DNA of 64,000 nt, from NCBI GenBank assembly GCA_963718895.1, contig CAVRAG010000007.1, forward strand, positions 768,001 to 832,000, read 5' to 3'. Below, piece by piece: positions 53,172 through 63,328 of this stretch. The position numbers and the translations under genes were made by a program. Source of the DNA: an uncultured Nitrososphaerota archaeon (GTDB lineage: Archaea; Thermoproteota; Nitrososphaeria; Nitrososphaerales; Gagatemarchaeaceae). Every line of letters starts with the position of its first letter. Within the stretch, counting starts at the first letter, position 1. The notes beneath the pieces were generated by a model. It did not search any database, was not told the origin of the DNA, and was given only the letters and a program-made list of their open reading frames with translations.

Positions 53172-54413
53172 TCAGCGGCTCTGGACCTGGGCCACCGTGG
53201 GCTTCCCCACGTCCTGCGGCTCGACCAGCGGAGTGCTGGTCTTGCCGAAGTAGAGCCCCATGAGCCACTCCATATTCCCCTTCATCGTTCTCCAGTACAT
53301 CCGGGAGAAAGACCTCTTCATGTAGTACTTGACCATGGAGGGGCTCTGATCGGCAGCGGGCGAAGTGAACGTCGCCGAGACGAACATCGCCCGGTGCCTC
53401 CCTACCTCCATGGGGCAGTTTATCCTGCCGTTGTACTGCATGGATTCCGAAGAACCTCCGAGCCCGAGAAGGATGTTCTCGGCCACAACAGGGGACTGAA
53501 GATGCGCCACGACCCCTGATTTTGAGATCGGAATCGCCGTCGCGTCTCCGATGGCGAAGGCGTCGTCGTGTCCCTTCACCCTCATCGTACCCTTGTCGGC
53601 GGGTATCCACCCGTCTTCGTCGCCGAACCCGGAATTCCTAATCACGTCGGTTCCGTGGTGGGGGGGCACGGCTATCAGCAGGTCGTAGTCGACAGAATCC
53701 CCCTCGAGGGAGTACATCTTGTGCGCAGCGGGGTCGACCGACTCGGCGTTGAAGAATGTCACTAGGTTGATACCTCTCTCCTCATACAGGGGCTCTATCA
53801 CCTTTGAGAGCGTCTCCGCCGGGTACGGCCGGGGGTACGGGGTCACGAAGCTTATCTCAACCTTGTCCCTCAAGCCCTTCTTGCGGTAGAACTCATCGAC
53901 CATGAACGTCGCCTCGTTCGGCGAGGGCGGGCACTTGTGTGGAACCCCTGCGATGGCTACCACGATCTTCCCGCTCTTGAACTTCTGAAGCGCCTCCCAG
54001 GTCCTCACAGCATCCTGGGGTCCCGTGTGGAAGTTGAACGACGCCTCCTTGAGGCCAGGCAGGCTCCCAGGGTCTGCGAACGCGCCCGTCGCCATTACTA
54101 GGTAATCGTAGCCGAGCTTCGTCCCGTCGGTCAAGGTGACGGCCCTTTCCTCGAGGTCTATCTTGGTTGCCGCTTCGTTTCTGAAGTTCACCCCCTTGAG
54201 GACCAGACCCGCCTCTGGCCTCATCAGCCCCTCGGGCGGATGTCCCTTGAACGCCACGTCGAGGTAGCCAGGCTGGAACGCGTGCTGCGCGCTTTCGCCG
54301 ATGAGGTCGACGGCGGCCTCCCCTCGGTGGATCTTCTCTTTCAGGCTCTTGGCGAGGAGGTTCGCGGTCAGCGTGCCTCCGCTTCCAGACCCGACAACCA
54401 GCAGATGCTTCAT
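53172..54413 (-). CDS. sqr: Sulfide:quinone oxidoreductase-like flavoprotein (two-Cys type)
   Basis: GSGSGG, FQPGYL, KCPPSPNE, AIGDAT..SKSG, INCPME. Confidence 0.82.
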   Translation of the reverse strand: MKHLLVVGSGSGGTLTANLLAKSLKEKIHRGEAAVDLIGESAQHAFQPGYLDVAFKGHPPEGLMRPEAGLVLKGVNFRNEAATKIDLEERAVTLTDGTKLGYDYLVMATGAFADPGSLPGLKEASFNFHTGPQDAVRTWEALQKFKSGKIVVAIAGVPHKCPPSPNEATFMVDEFYRKKGLRDKVEISFVTPYPRPYPAETLSKVIEPLYEERGINLVTFFNAESVDPAAHKMYSLEGDSVDYDLLIAVPPHHGTDVIRNSGFGDEDGWIPADKGTMRVKGHDDAFAIGDATAIPISKSGVVAHLQSPVVAENILLGLGGSSESMQYNGRINCPMEVGRHRAMFVSATFTSPAADQSPSMVKYYMKRSFSRMYWRTMKGNMEWLMGLYFGKTSTPLVEPQDVGKPTVAQVQSR

Positions 54414-54432
54414 GGTTCGGTCCCCAGTTCGC

Positions 54433-54681
54433 CTATCTGCCTTTCTTCGTTATCTTGACGAGCAGTCGGATGTGGTCCTTCTCGTCTATGATGTCGAGGA
54501 GTTCGTTCCCACTCTTCCTGCACCAGGCCTGCACGTCGGGCTTCGCTGCGGGATCCGTGGCTAGGAGCTCGATGATGTCGCCGATCTCGGCCTTCCTGTA
54601 GGCCTTGAAGAGGTCGGTTATCGGGCCAGGACAGGATGTGCCGCGCGAATCAACGATCTTGTGCTCTTGGACTATCGACAC
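54433..54681 (-). CDS. tusA: TusA sulfur carrier
   Basis: DSRGTSCPGP, LATDP, AWCRKSGN. Confidence 0.92.
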   Translation of the reverse strand: MSIVQEHKIVDSRGTSCPGPITDLFKAYRKAEIGDIIELLATDPAAKPDVQAWCRKSGNELLDIIDEKDHIRLLVKITKKGR

Positions 54682-54691
54682 TGTGGATCGC

Positions 54692-55195
54692 CTAGATGAA
54701 GATTATCTGCGCCTTGTCGCTCAGTTCGAGCATCGTCGCCGCACCTACGATGTCGTCGACCTCCGGCAGCAGCATCTCCTTGGTAGTGCCCATCACTTCC
54801 AGGGTGGTCGAGCAGGCGTGGAGCTTCACCCCAAGATCTTTCGCCGTCTTGATCATCTCGGGAATCGAGGGCACCTTGGCCTTTCCGATTCGGCCCTTCA
54901 TCATGCTCGTGGCCATGGACGTCATCCCAGGTATCATGCCCAGGATGTTCGGCATTGGGAGACCCGGGTTTCCGACGGAGGCGACCTTGAGGTTCGCCGA
55001 TGTCTTCGTCGTAACGGCGTTCATTCCCCAGAAGGTGAAGAACATGTGGACTTCCTTGCCCATGGTGGCCGCCGTGGTGGCTATCATGAAGGCGGGGTAG
55101 ACCATGTCCAGCGTGCCCTTGGACAGGATTATCATCAGTCTCTCTACCTGTTGGGTCTCTGGCTCAGTCTTTTCCATCACTGTTTGTTGGCTCAT
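54692..55195 (-). CDS. DsrE2 (DsrE/DsrF/DrsH-like) sulfurtransferase-family protein
   Basis: SKGTLD, FFTFWGM, GVKLHACSTT, DIVGAAT. Confidence 0.9.
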   Translation of the reverse strand: MSQQTVMEKTEPETQQVERLMIILSKGTLDMVYPAFMIATTAATMGKEVHMFFTFWGMNAVTTKTSANLKVASVGNPGLPMPNILGMIPGMTSMATSMMKGRIGKAKVPSIPEMIKTAKDLGVKLHACSTTLEVMGTTKEMLLPEVDDIVGAATMLELSDKAQIIFI

Positions 55196-55206
55196 TCAGC
55201 TCACTT

Positions 55207-55230
55207 GTATATGCGCATATTCGAATATAC
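55207..55230. promoter_or_regulatory. Probable ArsR operator
   Basis: GTATATGCGCATATTCGAATATAC: overlapping perfect palindromes ATATGCGCATAT and ATATTCGAATAT, about 12 nt upstream of the operon start. Confidence 0.65.
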
Positions 55231-55416
55231 TAAAGGATTAGCCCGAATAGGTTAGGTTCCACGATCAGAGGCCACGGCGCCTCTGTAAGCACAAACGACT
55301 CGTCCTTCATCACGAATCCTGGAACCCGTCTAGCAGTTGACCTTGAGCTTTCACCCTTCCCGCGGCCAACGCTCCACCGGTCCTAGTCTCAGGGACGGCC
55401 TCTGGTCGTTGCGGGA

Positions 55417-55854
55417 CTACTCGGTCTTAGTGTGTTCCCGAACTTCTCTCAGCAACTCGCCGTTCTTGCGTAGAGCGTTCGTCAATCCCTCCAGGGCGCG
55501 CTTCGATTCGGGATGAAGGTGGTGCTCGATCCCCTCCGCGTCGTTGTAGGCGGTCGTCTTGTCCACCCCCAGCATGGTGAGGAACTCCACGAGTATCTCA
55601 TGTCTTGACACGACCGACCTTGCAACCCTCTCGCCCTTCTCGGTAAGCCTCATCCCACGGTAGGGCTCGTAGGAGAGATACCCGCCGCTGGCAAGGCTCT
55701 TTATCATACTCGAGACGCTGGACGCGCCGACCTTAAGACTCTCCGCTATGTCCACCGTGGTCGCGTAACCTTTGTCCTTGACAAGGTGGTATATGGCCTC
55801 CAGGTAGTCCTCCGTTCTTGGCGTCTGGTGCTTGAGTTGGGTCGCTCTCGCCAA
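55417..55854 (-). CDS. mntR: DtxR/MntR metal-dependent repressor
   Basis: TEDYLEAIY, RHEILVEFL, DAEGIEHHL; probable TTG start 55854. Confidence 0.9.
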   Translation of the reverse strand: MARATQLKHQTPRTEDYLEAIYHLVKDKGYATTVDIAESLKVGASSVSSMIKSLASGGYLSYEPYRGMRLTEKGERVARSVVSRHEILVEFLTMLGVDKTTAYNDAEGIEHHLHPESKRALEGLTNALRKNGELLREVREHTKTE

Positions 55855-55875
55855 AGTTCCTCGGGAACCGAGAAA

Positions 55876-55947
55876 TTTTGATGGCTTAAAAATATTGTGA
55901 ACCTTCAATAAAGTTTTGATTGGCCGAGAAATATTAGATGCGTCTAA
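55876..55947. promoter_or_regulatory. DtxR/MntR-type operator boxes
   Basis: TTAGA-TGCG-TCTAA (55934..55947) next to TATA tttaaata; weaker TTTTGA-TGGC-TTAAAA (55876..55891). Confidence 0.6.
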
Positions 55948-55982
55948 GTTTAAATACCAAGCGCTTCGCCTGCAATGCGAAC

Positions 55983-57302
55983 ATGAGTGCAAGCCCCGAC
56001 AGAAGTCTCAGGCCACCTGAGCAGATGGAAAGGGTGGAAGTCACTGAGCGCCAGAGGAGCAATCCGAGGATCACTCTGCGCGACTTCTTTACATATCTTG
56101 GTCCGACCCTGATCGTGAGCCTCGCCTACATTGATCCCGGCAACTTCGGGACGGACATAGCGGGGGGCTCGCAGTACAACTACGGCCTGATCTGGGCGGT
56201 CTGGATGGCGAGCGTCTTCGCCATGATGCTCCAGTACCTTTCCGGGAAGCTCGGGATTGCCACGGGGACCGGTCTCGCGCAGCTGATTAAAGGGTCGCTG
56301 GGGACCAGGGCGAAGATAGTTCCGTACTGGCTCGCCGCCGAGATTGCCATAGGAGCGACCGACCTGGCGGAGTATCTCGGGACGGTCATAGCACTAAACA
56401 TTCTCTTTAACATCCCTCTCCTCTACGCTAGCATCTTCGGGGCCCTGGATGTCATCATCCTTCTGGCGCTGACGAGCAACCGCTTCCGGGTGATAGAGTA
56501 CTTCTTCATGGTCTTCGTCTCTGTGATAGCGATAGGGTTCCTCTACGAGCTCCTGCTCTTGAGTCCGAGCGTTCAGCAGATTGCGATTCACTCCGTTTCA
56601 CCTGACATCTCCAGCGGCACCCTGTTGGTCGTCGTTGGGATAGTCGGCGCCACGGTCATGCCCCATGTCCTCTGGCTCCACTCCTCTCTGACCTCTAACA
56701 AGCTGGCAAGGTGGGGGATTAGGAAGGGCGATCACGCCTCTAAGAGGAAGTTCCTCAAGCTGCACCTTCGGGAGACCGTGATCGTCCTTTCGATCGCCGG
56801 CTGCGTGAACGTCGCGATCCTCGTCATGGGGGCATCCGCATTCTACAGGTACGGGTACACGAACATCCAGCAAATCAGCCAGGCCTATGCCATACTCGGG
56901 CCCCTTTTTGGCCACTATTCTGACAAGATCTTCGCCATAACACTACTCGCATCTGGAATTGCTTCGTCGGTCGTCGGAACGCTCGCCGGGCAGGAGGTCA
57001 TGACCGCGATGATCGGAGCCAAAATCAACCCGTATCTGAGGCGTATCGTCACCCGGGGAATCAACGTCTTCCCCACGACCGCGTGCATACTCCTCGGCAT
57101 CAGCCCGCTGGCGCTGCTCTTCTACAGCCAGGTGTTCTTGAGCATCCTAATCCCCCTCCCGATGCTCCCGCTGATCTACTACACCGCGAAGAGCAGCGTG
57201 ATGGGCCCGTACGTGAATAGGCACGCGACGACCGTCGCCGCGCTAGCGGTCGGGGGGGCGATAGTGTTGCTGAACATCGCTCTGATCTATGTCAGCATCT
57301 GA
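55983..57302 (+). CDS. mntH: Nramp divalent metal transporter
   Basis: AYIDPGN, GATVMPH, GTLAGQ; probable ATG 55983. Confidence 0.95.
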   Translation: MSASPDRSLRPPEQMERVEVTERQRSNPRITLRDFFTYLGPTLIVSLAYIDPGNFGTDIAGGSQYNYGLIWAVWMASVFAMMLQYLSGKLGIATGTGLAQLIKGSLGTRAKIVPYWLAAEIAIGATDLAEYLGTVIALNILFNIPLLYASIFGALDVIILLALTSNRFRVIEYFFMVFVSVIAIGFLYELLLLSPSVQQIAIHSVSPDISSGTLLVVVGIVGATVMPHVLWLHSSLTSNKLARWGIRKGDHASKRKFLKLHLRETVIVLSIAGCVNVAILVMGASAFYRYGYTNIQQISQAYAILGPLFGHYSDKIFAITLLASGIASSVVGTLAGQEVMTAMIGAKINPYLRRIVTRGINVFPTTACILLGISPLALLFYSQVFLSILIPLPMLPLIYYTAKSSVMGPYVNRHATTVAALAVGGAIVLLNIALIYVSI

Positions 57303-57441
57303 GTTCCGCGGGAGTGATTTTCGCGCCAACACGAACCCTCTCGCTGACCCAGCTTCGTTATGATCGCCCCGCAGTCGCGAAGAGTTCAAAGAAGGGTTCC
57401 TGAGAAAGAATTAAATCCGCAGCACTAGTCCACGTACACGT

Positions 57442-57873
57442 TTGCCGAACGATTCGCACGAACAGGTGACCGCTATGTTGCGGAAAGTTCCTCTCTTCTC
57501 GACACTTAGCAGCAAGCATCTGAAGACGATAGCCGCGAGCGGTAAGGAGCTCACCTACGTTCCTGGTCAGCAGATCGTCGAGGAAGGGAGCATGGGGGTC
57601 GGTTTCTTTCTGATACTTGACGGTCGTGTACGGGTGCGCAAGGGGAAGAAGACGCTCGCTGAGCTGAAGACCGGCGACTTCTTCGGAGAGATGTCCTTGT
57701 TCGATGAGAAGCCGAGGTCGGCGACCGTGGAGGCCACGGTCGACACGAAGTGCCTCGGGATAGCGGCGTGGTCGTTCATCGGCATGGTGAAGGCCAATCC
57801 AGACATCGCGGTCAACTTGATGAAGGAACTGGCGGCCAGGCTGAGGTTATCCAACAAGGCCCTCGCCGAGTAG
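57442..57873 (+). CDS. Stand-alone cyclic-nucleotide-binding domain protein
   Basis: LRKVPLFS, GDFFGEMSL..PRSATV; no HTH. Confidence 0.92.
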   Translation: MPNDSHEQVTAMLRKVPLFSTLSSKHLKTIAASGKELTYVPGQQIVEEGSMGVGFFLILDGRVRVRKGKKTLAELKTGDFFGEMSLFDEKPRSATVEATVDTKCLGIAAWSFIGMVKANPDIAVNLMKELAARLRLSNKALAE

Positions 57874-57985
57874 ATCCGTAAAGCAAAGACCGGTGCTGGG
57901 AGCGAGGGGTCGGTCGCCCTCACGGAAGGTTTCTGGGGAGCCTGCACCCGCCTCCGGGACCGGACTCCGACAGCGACGCCGCGCC

Positions 57986-58429
57986 CTAGTAGGAGCTTGG
58001 GTCGAACCGGTTGGCTTGGCCGGAGTGGTCGTAGAGGCCAATCCAGTTTCCGTCTGGGTCCTTGACGAACCCGATGTGAACGGCGTCGGTTCCCGAGACA
58101 TCCGTTCCTGCCAGGGCTTTCGGTATCGAGACGACCTCTGCGCCCTTGGACGCCAGGTCCTTGAGGGCTCCGTCGACGCTCTCGACTTTGACTCCGATGT
58201 GGTCCAGCCCCTCTCCGGGTTCGTACTTTGTTGCGTAGGGCGAGCCGGCCGGATACCAGTTGAGCTCCAGTCTCTGACCAGAGCTAGGGTCTCTCAGGAG
58301 TACGTACCTGCCTCCGCCGCGGGTGCTGAAGTCGCCCGTCCTCAGTATCTCAAGGCCGAATACCTCCGAGTAGAACTTCGTGGACCTGTCAAGGTCGGTC
58401 ACGCGAATCCCGAAGTAACTGACGAACAC
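57986..58429 (-). CDS. VOC/glyoxalase family protein
   Basis: GIRVTDLDRSTKFY, LELNWY, LDHIG, DPDGNWI; probable GTG 58429. Confidence 0.9.
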   Translation of the reverse strand: MFVSYFGIRVTDLDRSTKFYSEVFGLEILRTGDFSTRGGGRYVLLRDPSSGQRLELNWYPAGSPYATKYEPGEGLDHIGVKVESVDGALKDLASKGAEVVSIPKALAGTDVSGTDAVHIGFVKDPDGNWIGLYDHSGQANRFDPSSY

Positions 58430-58727
58430 GCGGGGGAGAGCCCTCCCGGCGGTAATAAGAGTTCGGCGAGAGAATAGACTGGGTCTCGACTCGCGCTCCG
58501 GGATTGTGGTCTGAGCCGGGCTCGCGAGTCCTCTCCTGAGGGCTCCTACTCCCCTCTGTCGCGAAACCGAGCGCGCCGTCTGTCCGATCGTTTCATACCT
58601 GTGAAACACGAGTCATCCGGCATCCAGCATTCACGGTCTCGCCGGCCCTGCGTTCTCCTCGAGACGGCCAAGTTCGGGTCGCCCGGACGCGCCGAGAATG
58701 CCGAAGCACCCCTAGGGGGTGCGCTAC

Positions 58728-59558
58728 CTAGGATCGAGAGTGTATCGTCAGCCTTCCGGCTTCCCAGGGCTTCATCACGACGTCCCAGGCAGTCACGACG
58801 GAGTCCCCGTCCCTGATCGCCAAGCAAGGGCCCCAGTCGCCCAGCCGAAGGGCTGCAGCGTGCATGCTCGTCCGTGCCCCGACCTCAATAGGCGTCATCC
58901 TCTCCAGAGACCCAATCTGGGCCTCGAGCGTGTCGGTCTTCGCCCCTTCGCGGAGGGTCTCGAGCGTGGCCGGGCCGAGGACTCGGTCGATGATGGTCCT
59001 GTCGGATATGTACCTCCTCTGTCCGGATATGAAGACTGTCCTGTGAGTGAGACGGAACATTGCGAGGAGCGCCTCCCTAATCGAGGTCCTCCCGGGCATC
59101 GAGAAGATCGGGCTTCCGACCTCGCCGACGAGCATGTCGGTAGTGGCCTGTTCCGTCCCGTAGAGGCCCAGCAGGTCGATGAGGCTGACGAGTATCGTCC
59201 GCGGCTCTCCCCGGACATTGCAGTTGACCAACGAGAAGCCCAGCTTCCGCTTCTTGAACGCTTCGAGGAGCATCTCGACGTCGTCGTCGAGGCTGAAGGA
59301 GTCAAGCTTCTCTGAGCCGCGCTCGCAAGGCCCTTCGAGGAACTCGTCGAAAGCCTCCGGAGACAGGTTCATGAGCTTGGGCAGGCTGGAGAATCCGAAC
59401 ACGGCTCGCCTGCTCGTCGGACCCTCGGAGAGGGGTACGGCCGCGACGTCCTCCATGCGGAGGAGGTAGAGCACGCTGAGAAGGGAATACGATGGCTTGA
59501 CGGTCGGGTACCTTCGCTCCAAAAGTCGAGGGAATGCCGAGCCTATCTTCAAGCCCAC
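58728..59558 (-). CDS. CBS-domain-like protein (paralog of 48357..49185)
   Basis: Intact 276 aa ORF; SIREALLAM..THRTV, VVTAWDVV. Confidence 0.75.
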   Translation of the reverse strand: MGLKIGSAFPRLLERRYPTVKPSYSLLSVLYLLRMEDVAAVPLSEGPTSRRAVFGFSSLPKLMNLSPEAFDEFLEGPCERGSEKLDSFSLDDDVEMLLEAFKKRKLGFSLVNCNVRGEPRTILVSLIDLLGLYGTEQATTDMLVGEVGSPIFSMPGRTSIREALLAMFRLTHRTVFISGQRRYISDRTIIDRVLGPATLETLREGAKTDTLEAQIGSLERMTPIEVGARTSMHAAALRLGDWGPCLAIRDGDSVVTAWDVVMKPWEAGRLTIHSRS

Positions 59559-59823
59559 GCAAACGGCCGCGGTTCGGAGTAGTTAACACGTCAGTATCAA
59601 TCCAAACCAACTGCAATTGGCACCTGACCGGTGCTCTTGGAGATCCATCTACCTCCGCATCCGAATTGCGCGGTCTTTCTCCTCGTGATCGAGGTCGTTG
59701 CGCCGGACCGTGCCGAGGCGAAGCCTCCGGTACCTTGCGCCGTCGTGCCCCGCGCCCGGCACGTGCCGAGCAACCCCCGAGGATGGCCGGGTTGGTCCCG
59801 CTGGACGGCCGCAAACCAGGTCG

Positions 59824-60438
59824 CTACAAGCTCTGATACATCGCGCCCATGAGGCTCGAGAGGTCATCCTCCAGCTGCGCGAACGACTCGCTCGAGGAGA
59901 GGTGGGCCAGCAGGACGACGTTCCCGACTGTGCAGATCCCGTTGGTCACGGCTATCCCGTCGACATCTTCCCCGTAGGCATAGCAGACCCCGTACCGCTC
60001 GTAGCTGCTGAGTACGCTCGTGATGTCGGTGTACCCCGAAAGCCCCTTCACGTTCGACGAGAAGACCCCGTAGTAGGACTGGCTGGAGTTGACAGAGCCG
60101 AAGACAGCGACCGTCATGTTGGCGGCCGACTGGCTCGAGGAGAGGATCGCGTCGGCCGCGCTCTGCTCCCCCGGGTAGGCGGTCCGTAACTGTCCCGTAG
60201 AGGTGGTGTCGTATCCGGCTGGATTCTGCTGCACCGCAGCCATGATCACGGAGGACGCTGACACATCGTAGGAAGTGCTCGCCGTCTGCGTATAAGTGGG
60301 ACCCGGGGACGAACCGGCCTCGCTGAGAGCGTAGACGGCGAGTAGCGCGACGAGGACCACGGCCACCACCCACACGATTGTGCTCTTCTTGAGGTACCTT
60401 CCCACAGACCTCCCGGGTTCAGGCTGGCTGGCGCTCAT
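59824..60438 (-). CDS. Membrane-anchored extracellular protein
   Basis: KKSTIVWVVAVVLVALLAVYAL followed by an S/T/Y-rich domain with two Cys. Confidence 0.75.
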   Translation of the reverse strand: MSASQPEPGRSVGRYLKKSTIVWVVAVVLVALLAVYALSEAGSSPGPTYTQTASTSYDVSASSVIMAAVQQNPAGYDTTSTGQLRTAYPGEQSAADAILSSSQSAANMTVAVFGSVNSSQSYYGVFSSNVKGLSGYTDITSVLSSYERYGVCYAYGEDVDGIAVTNGICTVGNVVLLAHLSSSESFAQLEDDLSSLMGAMYQSL

Positions 60439-60523
60439 CGAGGGTGTTCGGCCGATGGGGAGTTTCCGATTTAAATATACCCGACGAACCCCGATTGAAC
60501 GAACCGTTTGGACCCCGTGCGCC

Positions 60524-61120
60524 ATGAGTAGGTTGGGGCCTGAGGATTACCAGAGCAACAGGCACATCCGGAAGATAATGCGTCTGGCGCGCGCGACGAA
60601 GGGGGATGTCTTCTTCGACCTTGGTTGCGGCATGGGCAAGCTATGCGTGGTCGCGGTGACAGAGTTCGGAGTCGCGAAGGCGGTGGGCATTGAGCTGCAC
60701 AAGGGCCGCGCGACCAAGGCGGCTCGGTATGTTCGCCGGCTCGGGCTGTCCGACCGGATCGAGATCTGGAACGAAGACTACATGGAGTCCGAACTCGGAG
60801 AGGCTACCATAGTCTACTGTGGCCACAACGAGGCCGAAGAGGATGTTCCCCACTTCGAGGAGGTGCTCGGGGCTGGAAGCAGGTTCGTCTCGCTCTTCCT
60901 CCCCTTCGTCGGGGTTATGCCCGATGCGGTGGATTACCCATTCTACCTCATGACGTTGCCGTTCAAGAAGACCAAGGACGTCTCGCGCTGGACCACCGCG
61001 GTGCTCTCCAAGAGGGCCACCCTGGAGGAGCTCTACCAGGAGCTCGACAGCGACCGGGAGTACCGCTACGACAAGCGCATGACGGGTCGGCTCATGAAAG
61101 AGAGACTCGGCGGCTTCTGA
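60524..61120 (+). CDS. Class I SAM-dependent methyltransferase
   Basis: FFDLGCGMG, AVGIE, EATIVY; probable ATG 60524. Confidence 0.88.
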   Translation: MSRLGPEDYQSNRHIRKIMRLARATKGDVFFDLGCGMGKLCVVAVTEFGVAKAVGIELHKGRATKAARYVRRLGLSDRIEIWNEDYMESELGEATIVYCGHNEAEEDVPHFEEVLGAGSRFVSLFLPFVGVMPDAVDYPFYLMTLPFKKTKDVSRWTTAVLSKRATLEELYQELDSDREYRYDKRMTGRLMKERLGGF

Positions 61121-61203
61121 TCCAATCTATGGCGGCGGACGGGGGAGGCTCCCATTGGGCACGGCTTGCGGGAGGCGGCCTCCGGCATGGACTAGGAAAG
61201 CGA

Positions 61204-61836
61204 CTAGGAGAGACGGGACAGCCACCTCTGGGCCGCCTCGATGTCAGCTTCGGTGAGCTGGTGCCCGGCGGCGTGCCACTCTAGCGTGACCTCCGCCTTC
61301 CCTCGGCGGAGCATGTTCGCGAGCGCCTCGGGTTGGTCCTTCGGCACGATGATGTCGCCAGTCCCCGCTTCGATGAGGACGCGGACGTCTGAGAGGTCAG
61401 GGACGACCTGCATCGTGAACGGGACCATGGGCCTGAAGAGGACGGCGCCGGCGAGGAGGCCCGGTCGGAGGAGCAGGAGGCTAGCGGCGATGTTCGCGCC
61501 GTTCGAGTACCCGACGGCGATCACCTTCTTGCCGAAGCCACGCTTGGTAGACGTCTTCTCTACGAATCTTGCCAGTTCCTCGGTGCGGTAGGCGAGGTCG
61601 TTGAGGTCGAAGACCCCCTCGGCGAGGCGCCTGAAGAACCTGGGCATCCCGTTCTCGAGGACCCTGCCGCGAGGACTTAGCAGGGCGGCGTTCGGGAGGA
61701 GCTGGCTCCCCAGTCCCAGCAGGTCGTTCTCGTTTCCGCCCGTCCCGTGGAGGAGCAGGAGCGTAATCGGGCCGTCATTCTTCGAGGGCACGAACCTGTG
61801 GATGAAACCCGACGAGTCGGGGTCGGAGCCGGGCAA
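61204..61836 (-). CDS. Alpha/beta hydrolase (MhqD-like carboxylesterase)
   Basis: LLHGTGGNE, PRFFRRLAEG, GYSNGA, GH. Confidence 0.92.
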   Translation of the reverse strand: MPGSDPDSSGFIHRFVPSKNDGPITLLLLHGTGGNENDLLGLGSQLLPNAALLSPRGRVLENGMPRFFRRLAEGVFDLNDLAYRTEELARFVEKTSTKRGFGKKVIAVGYSNGANIAASLLLLRPGLLAGAVLFRPMVPFTMQVVPDLSDVRVLIEAGTGDIIVPKDQPEALANMLRRGKAEVTLEWHAAGHQLTEADIEAAQRWLSRLS

Positions 61837-61849
61837 CTTACCCTCTCGC

Positions 61850-62920
61850 TCAGTTTGGTTGCGATAAGGCTTCCGGACGCGGAGGCGTGGCCGGGTAGAC
61901 CGGGGGCCAGGCGACGGGGTTACCCTCGTCGGTCTTCTTCAGGAAGGCCTCGATCTCGACCCTCTTGGGCTCCACCCACTTCGGGAGGACCAGCCGCGAC
62001 CCGAGCGTCTCGCGCGATTCGTCGGCTGTGTAGCCCGGACCCTTGGTCGCCACCTCAAGGAGGTTGCCGTCGGGATCCCGGAAGTAGAGCGAGTGGAACC
62101 AGAACCTGTCGATTATCCCTGAGTTTCCGATCCCCACCTCGTCCAGGTGCCGCATGATCTTCAACTGGTCCCTGTCGTCCTCCACCGCCATGGCAATGTG
62201 GTGCACGCTGCCCCTGCCGACGTTTCCTTCTCGGGCCGCTCCGGAGACGAGGTAACGGATGAAGTCCGGTCTGGCTGAGTTCCCGATTGCAAGTATCGTG
62301 GCGTCTTCTTGGTCCGGATCGGCTAGGGAGAAGTTGTTCTTGAGGCCCACGAACTTCTCGAAGAACCGGGCGGTCAGCTTGGGGTCCGACGAGATTGGAC
62401 TGGCGTGGTCGAACGTGGTCAACCTCATGTCGCCGGTGATCGCCGTGACTCTCGGGACGCTCCTCACCAACTCCGCGACGTCGCCCTCCTTGAGCTTCTC
62501 GTCGTTGGCTGCGCTGAGCTCGATGTTCACTCCGTCCGGGTCTCTGAGGTAGATGGAGACTCTCCTGTCCCGTGGCAGGGGACCCACCACGTGCACCCCG
62601 GCCGCGCGGAGCCACGAGAGCCAGGCAGGCAGGGCATCCAGCCGGGGGACCGTGTACGAAAGGTGGTGCGGAGAGCCCAGACCTACCTCACCCGGGGACA
62701 GCTCAGGCCACTCGAAGAACGTTATCGCGCTTCCCGTAGTGCCATTCTCGTCGGCGTAGAACAGGTGGCGGTGGAAGATGTCGTCCTGATTGACCGAGAG
62801 CTTCACCCTGCGCAGCCCCAGGACCTCGGTGTAGAACCTCCGGTTGACCTCCTGGTTCGCTGTGACCAGCGTGATGTGGTGGAGACCTTGGACGAGTCCA
62901 TCCACAGATTGAAAAGCCAC
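61850..62920 (-). CDS. Ring-cleaving dioxygenase, two-VOC (MhqO-like)
   Basis: GLHHIT, SVNQDD, HHIA, DRFWFHSLYFRDPDG, EVATKGPGY. Confidence 0.92.
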   Translation of the reverse strand: MAFQSVDGLVQGLHHITLVTANQEVNRRFYTEVLGLRRVKLSVNQDDIFHRHLFYADENGTTGSAITFFEWPELSPGEVGLGSPHHLSYTVPRLDALPAWLSWLRAAGVHVVGPLPRDRRVSIYLRDPDGVNIELSAANDEKLKEGDVAELVRSVPRVTAITGDMRLTTFDHASPISSDPKLTARFFEKFVGLKNNFSLADPDQEDATILAIGNSARPDFIRYLVSGAAREGNVGRGSVHHIAMAVEDDRDQLKIMRHLDEVGIGNSGIIDRFWFHSLYFRDPDGNLLEVATKGPGYTADESRETLGSRLVLPKWVEPKRVEIEAFLKKTDEGNPVAWPPVYPATPPRPEALSQPN

Positions 62921-63087
62921 GTAGCGAGGAGGGGCACTCTCCCATTTATACTTGGTAGTAGAGCGCTACTGATTACGTCACCGTCCCATGACTAGGTAAG
63001 CTCAAGGTCACCGAGTGATGGCCAAGGCGTTCGGCGCATGCCAAATGTTGAATAACTCGCCATGTGCTTACCACTGCGGCGTCCAGA

Positions 63088-63321
63088 ATGGCATCAGACG
63101 ATCGCGAATTCCAGAAGAGAAAAACAGACCTTGAAGAGAAGCTAGGGAACCTCGAGAGCGAGAGGGTTTCATTGATGTCGGAGGTGGAAGCGCTGAGACA
63201 GAAGCGGACGCTCCTCGACCTCGAGAAGAAGGGAGCGACCCTGCAGGCCACCGTGGACATGCTGAAGATGGAAAAGGCCGACCTAGAAGGACAGATCTCC
63301 AACATCGAAGGTACTCAATAG
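63088..63321 (+). CDS. Small coiled-coil protein
   Basis: Continuous heptad pattern LEEKLGNLESERVSLMSEVEAL. Confidence 0.7.
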   Translation: MASDDREFQKRKTDLEEKLGNLESERVSLMSEVEALRQKRTLLDLEKKGATLQATVDMLKMEKADLEGQISNIEGTQ

Positions 63322-63328
63322 CACAGCG

